From Proteromonas lacertae (Eukaryota), in NCBI GenBank assembly GCA_002245135.1, contig NGBS01000311.1, forward strand, positions 117,945-137,944: a DNA stretch of 20,000 nucleotides. Reading direction: 5' to 3'. Position numbers and translations under genes: made by a program. Shown one piece after another: positions 1-10,458 of the stretch. The stretch's first letter is position 1. Every line of letters starts with the position of its first letter. The notes under the pieces are model-generated. The model made no database searches. It had not been told where the DNA came from and saw nothing but the letters and a program-made list of their open reading frames with translations.

Positions 1-3000
1 ATTATCAACAACATTCTGTTTAAAACTATTAAAACATTTAAATATTAAATTATTATTATATAATCTATCACAATGTTGATATATTTGTCTTTCTTCAGTT
101 TTGTATTGATGATATAATTGCCATTTATTCATACATATATGTAATGTTTTAATATTTTGATTGTGACTGTATATACATAACTTATAATAGTCTTTCATAT
201 AATTGAAATATTCAGATTTTATCTTGTTATTATATTCCTATCAGCAACTCTTCACATTTTTCTTTTATCTCTTTTTCATGGTTTTTATATTCGATAAATA
301 ACTGTAAATACTTCTTCATTATCTTTAAATCACTAAATTCTATTGCTTTATTCATATTTTCATTATTTTTTCTTCTCTTTAACATCCCATTTCTCAATCT
401 ATCAATCAATTTCATTAACTTCTTTCTTTCATATTTCATGTAGAATTCCTCCATCCTTTCTTTCTTCTCTATACTCTTTTTAGCATAATTATTCCACTTA
501 GATAAATATCTTTTAATGGTATATTCTTCATAAAACTCTTTTATTGGTATTTTTCCATATTTCTCTTTATATTGTTTTGATTTATTTGTATATTCAATCC
601 ATCTTTGAATATAATTACTCATTCTAAACAACTGAGCTGTATGTTTCATATGGTTTTCCTTCTGTTTCTCAATGTAATTGTATTTCCATATTTTATAATA
701 TCTTTGCTTTAATATTGTATTATAACGGTTTATTGCTTGGTATTCTTTATTTTTATTTTGTTTGATTATTTTGACATTTTCTCTCCATTCTTTTAACCAT
801 ATTTTCTTTATATTCTTACAGTGAATTGAATATATTTCATTATATTTTCTTTTATAGAGTAATTCTTTATACCAAATTTGAATATATTTCCATCTTCTTT
901 CATTCATTATCGTCTTCTTTTTTCTTCTCAACTAATAATAATAAAATAATAAAAAATATAATAATATATACAATTTTCATTTTCTGTGATGCTTGATGCC
1001 AATTCATCAATATTTTATGTGTAAATTCATTCTTATAGATTGTATCAACATGTTGTGTCACGATCTGAGTATGATGTTCTGTAACGGTACTATTTCTCCA
1101 ATAATCCAAAATATGTTTGACTAAAGCTTGATTATGTTTTGTATTGAATCTTTCACCTCTTTCATTTAAGATACTTAGTTTGTGTGAGATTAAATTCCAT
1201 TCAATCATTACTTTTCTTAGTAATTTAGTGAGATAATAATATCTTGATCTATCTGAAGCTTGATCTTGTAATAACATATATTTGGCATGATTTTTAAACA
1301 GTTTAAAACTATTTAATAATAAATATAAAAAATATATATAATATATATCTATACTATTTTTTCTTCATAATCTTATTATTATGATTAATAGCTAAATAAT
1401 TCAATTCTTTATATCTCTTTGATATATTCTTAAAAGATAGCCAATACTCTAAATACCTCTTTTCTTTCCATTTCAATATAACATTTCTTATTTCAACTTG
1501 ACATTTTCTATATTTCTTCATTGTATTAACTTCTTCTCTCCATTTGTCGAAGATTATTTCTAATTTTGCTTTCTTTTTCTCCTTTTGAATAACACTAATC
1601 ATCTTTTCTTTTTTTACTTTTCTTTCTAAGTAATATATCTTCCAAGCTTCAAAATATCTGTTAATAAAGAACTTGTAGGAACTATTCAAATAAATAATAA
1701 TAAATAATAATAATATATATATATATACTTTAATATATTTATTCTATTTCTCACTTTATTCACTGTATATGTAATTAATTCTTTAATTGCCCTTCTTTTA
1801 GTCTGTTTCTTACTGTATTTAATAGCTTTCTATAATAAATTAAATGAATAATAATAATAATATATATATTTATACTCTATATAATCCATGTTTATCATAA
1901 TCATTAATAACATTATACCAACAATGGAAATAATATTTCAATCTCTTATCAAGCCGATGTTTGTTATATTCATTAATTATATAGCTCTTTCTCCAATTGT
2001 AGAAATATATTCTCTTTGTTTTATTCATATATTCATTGATTTGATGATAGTATAATTGTTTTAATAATTGTTGTTTTTGAGTATAATTATGCCATTTGTA
2101 GAATATTCTTTTGATTGTTTTCTTATATGGTACATCTCTCCAGCGTATTAAATATTTCCACTGTGTAGTGAAGCGATAGTATACATATGCTTTCTTTTCA
2201 TTTTCTATTTCTGCAGGATCATATATTTCAATCATCATCTTCATCTACTTTATCATCATTTTTATCCTCTTTTTCTTCTTCTTTTTCTTCTTCATTATTA
2301 TTATCATTATTATATGTTATATTAATAGTAGTAGTACCTCCATTATCTTTACTATTTCTATAAAAACTACTATCGACTATCATTAAAGCTCTCTATTTTC
2401 TTCTTACTAACATTATTATTATCACCATTATTAGATTGTGATTTTAATGATATTTTTCTCTTCTTCTTTACATCATTCTTATTATCTGGCATTATCTTCT
2501 TATCACAAGCTGGACATGGTTTATAAGATGTATAATATCTATTACTCAAATCTATTGATGATAACAATGAAGATATTTGATTATATCTTTTACCCATTGT
2601 TTTTAGAACTTCTTTTAATTTATTATGATTATTGGGTGAATGTTGTAATATTAGTGATTTATCTTCAATATTCTCTATCATTGGCTTCTTTGTATTGTTC
2701 TCTTTATTGTTTTTTATTTCATTGAGGATGTTTATACTATCAATTGAACTATCATTTGATTCATTCACTTTATTATCTTCTTTTCTGTTTTTATTATTCA
2801 TAATAATTAATGAGAAATTGTCACATACTCTACTGGGTGATGATTGGTTAGGCTTGACATTCTGTTTGAGTGATAATGAGGTAAATGGCTGAGGTGATAA
2901 CGGTACTTGTGTTTTCTTTTTCTTTAGAGGTGATATTGATTGTAATGATGTTCTTAACTTTAATGGAGAATGAAACTTCTTGTGGTGTCTGATATGGTGG

Positions 3001-3541
3001 ATTTTCTTTTTCTTTTTCTTTATAGGTGGATTATCCTCTCCATTATTTGTTGGTAATGCTGTTGTAGTAATTGTTGTTGATGTCCGTTGTTTCTTTTGGT
3101 AATGATTTTATATTTGCTGAATGTTTTAGCTTTTTGAAACATTTGCGAAGTTTTCTTTTGTCTATTGTATTTGATATTTTCTATATTTTATTATAATATT
3201 ATTAATACATTCAATAAACTGTCAAAATTCCTTAATTTCTGTCTTTCTTTCCACTGTAAATACCAAGATATACTTCTAGTCATATTTAAATATGATCCAG
3301 GTGAATATGATCTAAAATATAACACTTGATGGACTATACCTCGAAGAAATACCACTTGTTGTTGAAAATCTAGAGAAAGCATCTTTCACACCTTCTTCAC
3401 TCACCTAATTAGAATAAATTATATTTAAATTATACTGAACTGTATGGGTCTGAACTTGATTTACTAATATCACTTATACTTCTTGACAGTACTGGTTTAT
3501 TTGTGTTTGGTGGAATGTTTTCATTCTCCTATAATAGGCAT
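1..3541 (-). CDS. Sfi1-like (centrin-binding W-repeat) coiled-coil protein; 3' end runs off the window
   Basis: ORF fragments join through GTAT..TAG introns at 3405-3435, 3312-3339, 3181-3208, 1830-1875, 1682-1728, 1309-1354 and 932-971. The product has a K/S/P-rich low-complexity N-terminal part, then many periodic (F/Y/L)xxW repeats (YFYNWRK, YFHCWYN, YFEAWKI, IFDKWRE, YYKIWKY, YIQRWIE, YLSKWNN) typical of Sfi1 repeats. Continuity needs five +1 shifts (~3529, ~3085, ~2370-2395, ~2231, ~238). Start ATG at 3541 is tentative. Confidence 0.65.
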
Positions 3542-3882
3542 TTAAACCAATTAGATCTTTATATCTCTCAAAAAATCAATTTTAAATTCAAATTTCAAAC
3601 TTTCACAAACATGTTTGTTTTTTAAAAAAAGAGAAAATCATTTAAAATGCTCTTTGACTAGTGTTTATAATAGTGATTGAATATTAAAAACAAAAAACTC
3701 AAAATATAAAAAAGAATCATTCATAATGTTGAGTAAACTTCTTATAAAGTGTTTTACACTTCAAAACAGTACATCTAAAAAGTGAATAAGACCATTTCAC
3801 ACAATATGACAGTGTTTGAACAATGAATTAACCAAAAATATCTAAATTTTATTGAAATAGTGATTTAATACTGAAGCAAAAA

Positions 3883-3890
3883 GCGGGAAA
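3883..3890 (-). promoter_or_regulatory. E2F-consensus-like site TTTCCCGC in the divergent Sfi1-like/EHD intergenic region
   Basis: GCGGGAAA on + is an exact match to the TTTSSCGC consensus and a conspicuous GC-rich word in AT-rich DNA, 45 nt upstream of the EHD ATG. Confidence 0.35.
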
Positions 3891-3934
3891 GCTTTCAATT
3901 TTTTTGATTTCTTCTATTTTTATAGGATCAGAAG

Positions 3935-5560
3935 ATGGCTAGTATAATGATTATTTTTATTTTCATAGGCAAAGGAATAGATATAAAGAAAGAATTAGGG
4001 GTTGGAATTGAAGGTGATGAAGAAACTGTAGTTACTCGTTTACATAAGTTATATGAGTCGAAAATCAAACCATTAGAAAAACAATACATGTTTGATAGAT
4101 TTTATCAACCACTTATGGATGAAAAGGATTTTCATTGTAAACCTCAAGTTTTACTGATTGGACAATACTCCGTTGGTAAAACCTCATTTATCCAGTTCAT
4201 GTTGGAAAGAGACTTCCCAGGAGCAAGAATTGGTCCAGAACCAACCACAGATCGTTTCAATGCAATTATGTATGGTGATGAAGAAAGAGTAGTGCCAGGT
4301 AATGCAGCAGCCATGTCAGCAGAGTTTCCTTTCTCTAATTTAACCAAATTCGGTACAGGTTTCTTAAATCGATTTGAAGTTGCTCAATTACCTAGTCCAA
4401 TATTAGAAAAAGTATCATTCATTGATACACCCGGTATTTTATCAGGTGAAAAGCAAAGATTAGGCAGAACTTACGATTATGCTGAAGTAATTGAATGGTG
4501 GGCAGATAGAGTAGATAGAATCTTATTATTATTTGATGCCCACAAATTAGATATTTCTGATGAGTTCAAATTCGCCATCGAGTCATTACGAGGAAATGAT
4601 GACAAGATCCGTATTATATTGAACAAAGCTGATTCAGTAGATCAACAACAATTAATGAGAATATATGGTGCATTGATGTGGTCCTTAGGCCGTGTTATTA
4701 CCACTCCAGAATCATTGAGAGTGTATTTAGGATCATTCTGGGATAAACCATTGAAATATAAAGATTTTGAAGCTTTATTTGCAGTAGAACAAAGAGATTT
4801 ATTCTCTGATTTAAGAAACTTACCTAGAAATGCAGCTGTTAGAAAGATTAATGATTTAGTAAAGAGAGTGAGATTAGCTAAAACACATGCATTATTATTA
4901 AGTAGATTAAGAAATGAAATGCCAAAGATGTTCGGTAAAGAAAAGAAGAAGCAGGAGTTAATCGATGGAATGTTGGAAATATTCAGAAGTGTACAGACTG
5001 AATATAGATTACCCGCCTCCGATTTTCCACCATTAGAGAAGTTTAAAGAATTATTACAAGCTCATGATTTCACTACATTCCCTAAATATGATAAGAAATT
5101 ATTTGATGCAATGGAAGAAGCTTTAAGTCAAGATATTCCTCAGTTAATGAACAACTTACCATCAGCTACAAAGAAGGCAGAAGGTGAAGAAGAAGATGAT
5201 GATGACAAAGCAGCAGCTGATAATCCATTTGAAACACTTACTTTAGAAAAGCATGTAACTTGGATTATTACTCCATCAATGAAAGAAGAATCTGATGCAA
5301 TATTTTCTACACTAAGACAGAATAACGGTAAGATATCTGGTTCTATAGCGAAGGATGTAATGATGAAAAGTGATTTACCACAAGAAGATTTGAGAAAGAT
5401 TTGGCAATTAGCTGATATTGATAAAGATGGTAAATTTGATAATAGTGAGTTTGCTGTAGCTATGTTTTTAGTGAATATGAGAGTGAAAGGTGAAGAATTA
5501 CCTGATAAATTACCTGAATCATATATTCCACCATCTAAGAGAGGAAAGAGTAAGATTTAG
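3935..5560 (+). CDS. EHD1: EH-domain-containing dynamin-like ATPase (EHD/RME-1 family)
   Basis: P-loop LIGQYSVGKTSFI, IGPEPTTDRF, IDTPGILSGEKQR, LFDAHKLDISDEF, ILNKAD, RIYGALMWSLG, an NPF motif, and a C-terminal EH domain (LRKIWQLADIDKDGKFDNSEFAVAMFL..LP). Probable 27-nt in-frame intron at 3942-3968 gives MASKGIDIKK. Confidence 0.95.
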   Translation: MASIMIIFIFIGKGIDIKKELGVGIEGDEETVVTRLHKLYESKIKPLEKQYMFDRFYQPLMDEKDFHCKPQVLLIGQYSVGKTSFIQFMLERDFPGARIGPEPTTDRFNAIMYGDEERVVPGNAAAMSAEFPFSNLTKFGTGFLNRFEVAQLPSPILEKVSFIDTPGILSGEKQRLGRTYDYAEVIEWWADRVDRILLLFDAHKLDISDEFKFAIESLRGNDDKIRIILNKADSVDQQQLMRIYGALMWSLGRVITTPESLRVYLGSFWDKPLKYKDFEALFAVEQRDLFSDLRNLPRNAAVRKINDLVKRVRLAKTHALLLSRLRNEMPKMFGKEKKKQELIDGMLEIFRSVQTEYRLPASDFPPLEKFKELLQAHDFTTFPKYDKKLFDAMEEALSQDIPQLMNNLPSATKKAEGEEEDDDDKAAADNPFETLTLEKHVTWIITPSMKEESDAIFSTLRQNNGKISGSIAKDVMMKSDLPQEDLRKIWQLADIDKDGKFDNSEFAVAMFLVNMRVKGEELPDKLPESYIPPSKRGKSKI

Positions 5561-5762
5561 ATTAAAATAATATTGTTATACACAAAATTGTAATTAAAAA
5601 ATAATACTATATTCTATTATTATTATTAAATAATTATATACATTTTCACTTGATCATTTGTTGTTTCTGTTTGTAAATATATATATAAAGAAAAAACAGT
5701 TGAAAATAAAGGAATAATTACAGAATTAAAATAATTACCATACATAAAGCATATATAATTAT

Positions 5763-6626
5763 TCATTTAATTTCATCATCAACCCATAATTCAGTTGGCT
5801 TTATTGGAAATATTCCACTCTGTTTATCCAACTCAATCAGTTCAGAATTGAATGTATTTATTGAAGTATCATTAAATGCACTGTATAAACATGAATCACT
5901 ATCACTAATTGGTAATTGCTTTGATATTATATACTTTGAAAGTAATAATACACAATTAATCTTCTCTTTCCGATCTTTTGATGTTATTAAGGCTGTATCA
6001 TATGCAGTGAGTGTATTACCAATTATTATAATTGAATTTAGTTCATTCCAGTGAGTATTGAGTATATTACTGTAGAGAGATATGTTACAATGAATCATAT
6101 AATATAATACTGGAAATTTAGTATCTATATTGATTTGGTAAGATGATAACAGTGGAATTCCATCAAAATAAGTGATAGTCTGTTTATCACAATCATTGAA
6201 CAATGGATCGTAATGATTACATGATATATCTAAATGACGAGATAATAATATAGATAATGCTAATTGATAAGTTGAAGGAATAGAAACTGGTTGATAAAGA
6301 TCCTAAACCATACGAAATAAATGTTTGAATTTTCTATATATTGGATTATATACATTAACTATACATAATTTTCAAGAAATTTGATTATAAAAGAGAGTAA
6401 TTCGGTGTTATTGATAATGGGAATTAATTTATCTATTTTGGAAATTATATATTCTTTATCATAATTAATTCTATTCAATAAAACTATATTAAATATACGC
6501 ATCATTGCCAGACAGTAAATCAGCTAACTTATTATTCCTTGCTCTAACATTATAATAATAAAATAGATACTTTCCTTTGGTTCTCCTTTTTCGTTTCACT
6601 GTTATAAAATCATCTGTCTGACTCAT
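5763..6626 (-). CDS. SRR1: SRR1-like (SRRD family) protein
   Basis: ATG 6626 with introns 6544-6570, 6471-6498 and 6334-6364. Motifs YGLGS...YQLAL...YDPLF...LYYMIHC..LY.NIL..HW...IIIGN...AFNDTS match the SRR1 domain. One +1 shift is needed at ~6284-6286. Confidence 0.8.
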
Positions 6627-6713
6627 TAAAAATTAAAAATTATAAATATAGAAAAATTGATTCGTTTTATATTTAATCGTTTTTTAATTTCTTTCTTTCT
6701 GTTTTTTAATTGA

Positions 6714-7496
6714 ATGAACTCTCCAGATCACAATTCTGATGGTTCAAACGTCGGGTCAAAACATGCATCGCCAGGTGGCACTCCCTTACACAACAGTTTT
6801 CAACATGAACCTCCTTCAGCTCAACTAGCCAATGGCATACCCATCTTAGCAAAATTCAAAGAGACAGAAAATTTAAGAAAAGACTCAATAACAAAATTAA
6901 GAGAACAAATGGATCCTAACAGAAAACTCTCTGCTTTCAATGCCAAGAATGCTCGTTTAGGTTTCTTACATAAAAAGTCAACTTTGGAAGAAGAAGACGA
7001 TGATGATGCTGAAGGTTTCATCATTAAGAAATACAAAGCTTTAGTGAATGAATTAACCCCAGAAGAAGTAGAAGAATTCAAAGCTGCCTTTGATAAAGCA
7101 GATCCAGATCATACAGATAACATATCTTTAGCACAATTAGAAAATGCTATTCGATCTATGGGTCACAATCCAACACAACAGGAGATGAAGGATATTTTAG
7201 CACTGGCAGATCTTGATAAATCAGGTACTGTGTCTTACCAAGAATTTCTAACACTAATGGCTTTACAAATGAAACAACCTTTCACCGAAGAGGAATTATT
7301 AGCTGCATTTGAATTGTTTGATTTAGAAGATGGTGAAGCTGAAGGTGTAGTTGATGCTGAGATGATGAAACAAGCAATGATTGATTTATTACCAAATACT
7401 ACAGAAGAAGAGATTAATGAGTTTATAGCATCAACAGAACCTGATGAGAATGGTCAGATAGATTATATTAATTATGTAAAGAAATTAATATCTTAA
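6714..7496 (+). CDS. Calmodulin/centrin-like four-EF-hand protein with ~110-aa N-terminal extension
   Basis: Intact ORF. LTPEEVEEFKAAF, MGHNPTQQEMKDIL, DLDKSGTVSYQEFL, EEELLAAFELFD and TEEEINEFI..DENGQIDY align to the calmodulin fold. Loop 2 looks canonical; loops 1, 3 and 4 are degenerate. Confidence 0.85.
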   Translation: MNSPDHNSDGSNVGSKHASPGGTPLHNSFQHEPPSAQLANGIPILAKFKETENLRKDSITKLREQMDPNRKLSAFNAKNARLGFLHKKSTLEEEDDDDAEGFIIKKYKALVNELTPEEVEEFKAAFDKADPDHTDNISLAQLENAIRSMGHNPTQQEMKDILALADLDKSGTVSYQEFLTLMALQMKQPFTEEELLAAFELFDLEDGEAEGVVDAEMMKQAMIDLLPNTTEEEINEFIASTEPDENGQIDYINYVKKLIS

Positions 7497-7555
7497 ATTA
7501 TATATATAATAATAATAATTAATAATATATATGTATTTAGTATGTGTTTTATCTT

Positions 7556-8859
7556 TTACAATAAATCTAATTGTTCTGTACAGGCTAATCCATAAAAACC
7601 TTTGAAACATTCACATAAACCTGTTGCTCCATTACATATTCCATTATTTGCACATTGAGAAGGAGATGGTAAATCAGGATTGACAAGTGGTTTAACTTCA
7701 TTTTCAAGATTTTTAACAGTAACTTCATCTTTTTCATAATAAAATTTATCATTTTCTTTATCAAGTGTTTTCTTCACAATACCAGTAGGATTATTTGATA
7801 ATCCATGATATGATAGATCACTTGATTGTAGGTTTTTACTTATATCATCTGGTGTATAAGTATTTCTAAATTTTCACCTTGTCTTCCTGTTTGATGAGAT
7901 CCATATGTAATTTGAACTTGAACTTTGTTTGATTTAAACAATTTCTGTTTAATATCATCAGTTCCATCCATATTAGATTTAATATCTTTACCATCTAATT
8001 CATATACAACTACTTTTTCTACATTCAATACACCTGGTGGGAAACTATTAACAACATTATTCCATCCTGGAATTGTTGCTAATATTTTCTTTGAATTATC
8101 TGTATTACTATTATATAATACAGTTGCATTTGCATGTGTAACATCAAAATAATCACTAAACCAAACTCTACCAAATGGATCTGTATATTTCAAATAAGCT
8201 AAATAAATATAATTATCACTTCCAGTACCAGTTTCAATATCAATCTTTTGTGTATTTCCACCTTCTAATTCATCACAATCGCTTGTTGCCATATATCCAT
8301 AAGCACATTTCTCTATATAAATATAATATCAATATATATACTCATTGAACAATCATATCCAGTATATTCTTCATCACAAAAACATACATGAGATTGATCT
8401 TTATCCCAAAATTTATAACCTTTTGTATCTTCTTTTTGGAAATATTGAGTTCCTTCATTATCTAAATATCTAGTTGCAGTACATACACCATGACCACTAC
8501 AGCCATTAGGACAAGTAAGTCTTCCACAATTTGCTCCTTCATATCCTTTGTGACACACACATAATCCACTTGCTCTATCACATTCACCTTGTCCACTACA
8601 TTCAAGATAGTTATGATCTTGGGCTTTTAGTTTGATCTTCAAAACTTGGATCAACATAAGGCATACCATAAGGACAAGTTCCTATTATCAATAAATTAAT
8701 TTAGAATTAAATACTTAAAGAACAATCACCTCCACTGTATGTTGGATTACATGTACAAGTTCCAGCTTTAGTGCATGTACCATGTCCACTACAAACGTTT
8801 GGGCATAATGCTCCATACACTATAGCCACACTTATTGCTAGTACAAGCAGATATTTCAT
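7556..8859 (-). CDS. Secreted cysteine-rich EGF-like protein of the stramenopile Sig1/Ocm1 tubular-mastigoneme type
   Basis: Signal peptide MKYLLVLAISVAIVYG, then CPNVCSGHGTC..CTC...GGDCSLRTCPYG, HNYLECSGQGECDRASGLCVC..GYEGANCGRLTCPNGCSGHGVC, WD...CFCD..YTGYDCS, a non-Cys middle region and C-terminal CANNGICNGATGLCECFKGFYGLAC. Introns 8682-8714 and 8313-8341. Frame discontinuities at ~8621-8628 (+1) and ~7860-7875 (-1, or an atypical intron 7849-7877). Confidence 0.75.
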
Positions 8860-8948
8860 ATTTTAATAAAATTACGATGAAACGAATCAAACTTTTATGG
8901 GTTTATTTTCATTATTTTTTCAAACACCCAAATCAGTTTTTATTTTTT

Positions 8949-9763
8949 ATGAAGGAATACAAAGAGAATAAGAAAGCAAAATATACTAAAGCACAAATAA
9001 GAGCTGAAGAGGAGAGAATAGAAAGAGAAAAACAATGTTTTAAAACAGTTTTCGATATGATTGACATAAATAAGAAGGGTATGATGATTTTATAATAATT
9101 AATAAATAGGTTATATTAATTTAAACGATATTGGATATACATTGGTGAGATTGAAGATAATGGAACAAACAAGTTTTCTTCTTACATATCTGAAAAAGAA
9201 GTGGTTGAAGAGTGATAAAGATTCACTCTCACTTGAGCAATTCACAGAAATGATAAAACAGACTAGAGTGTTATATCAAAAACATCCAGATTCTGAGACA
9301 ATCAGATGGATTGCATGCCTTACTTTATTTGTAGATACTATCAAAAGACATTATGTATATTGATATCTCTTCATCTAAATAGATTACATCAAATTCTGCT
9401 CGAAATGATATAGAAGATCATCAATTGACGGAATATTTTAGTAATTTATTTGACTATCCAAATGTACTAGAATCAATGTTTACTGAACCAAAGGTGGAAG
9501 AACTTTTTGAATATGATAAAGAAAATCCACCAAAATATATATTCCCTGTAGGTCCTGAATTACATAGACCAGCTCATTTAATTCCACATACTCCAGAATA
9601 TATACCAACTCCACCTAATGAACAGTCATTCAATGATTTACGAATATCTCCAAGAAAAAGGAATACTAAGATTAGTCCAAGACATTTACAACCAATTAAT
9701 AGTAAATATCCTCAGAAGAAGAGTAAAATTAATCCAAAATATGTAGAAACTTGTGTGTATTAA
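8949..9763 (+). CDS. EF-hand-containing protein of unknown function with Pro-rich/basic C-terminus
   Basis: Introns 9079-9109 and 9355-9382 join three ORF pieces in frame. Splicing restores the EF-hand FDMIDINKKGYINLNDI, and a second degenerate loop (DKDSLSLEQF) follows. The start could instead be ATG 8877. Confidence 0.7.
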
Positions 9764-9919
9764 TAATATTTAATTCATTTAGTTGTATATTTATCATATG
9801 TATTTTATATTTCAATAAAAACACATAATTCAATAAAGAATAAAAGATTATTTTATTTCAATTTATTATTATCTCCTATTATGTCGAAATGAATATAATT
9901 ATTATTAATTTATATGATA

Positions 9920-10424
9920 TTACTGTAGTGATGAAGTTACTAGTCTCTCTTTCAATGATTCTTTTTGTTCTTCAGTCAATCTACCTTCTCTATATTCATT
10001 ATTAATTTCAGCTAATTTACGTCCAGCTGGTGACATTATACCTGGTCCTTTAGGGGCTATACAAAACATAATAATAATAATAATATATACGAGTAAATGG
10101 TGGTAATCCAGCTGCAATTTCATCTTTCATATATGCTTTATATTCTGCAGAAATACTACCATTCATATATGATTGATTAACTTGATTTAATATTCGAGCT
10201 GCTGGTGATAATGCATCAAATATTCCACTTGATAATGAATTATTAGTGGTGTTGGTATTAGATAATTCACTACGTCTATTTCTATTTCTACTACTTAAAT
10301 TACTCTATTAATAAAAATAATAAAAATATATATTTATACTCTTGTTTCTTCATCTCCATCTAATGATAATTGATTGAATGATGTAGACAATTCAATATCA
10401 TCAATAATATTAGGAGGAGGTGGT

Positions 10425-10458
<34 letters not shown>

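Noticed and set aside
3612..3619. Blastocystis-type poly(A)-created stop codons with a downstream TGTTTGTT motif
   Set aside because: Every complete gene here has a genomic stop codon. The TGTTTGTT matches I saw (for example 3612-3619) are not positioned just after a gene end.
230..8630. A uniform Euplotes-style stop-codon-triggered +1 frameshift model
   Set aside because: Shifting at the first stop is automatically compatible with any insertion. Conserved residues (SRR1 YQLAL, mastigoneme H-x3-ECS) need the shift to occur upstream of the stop.
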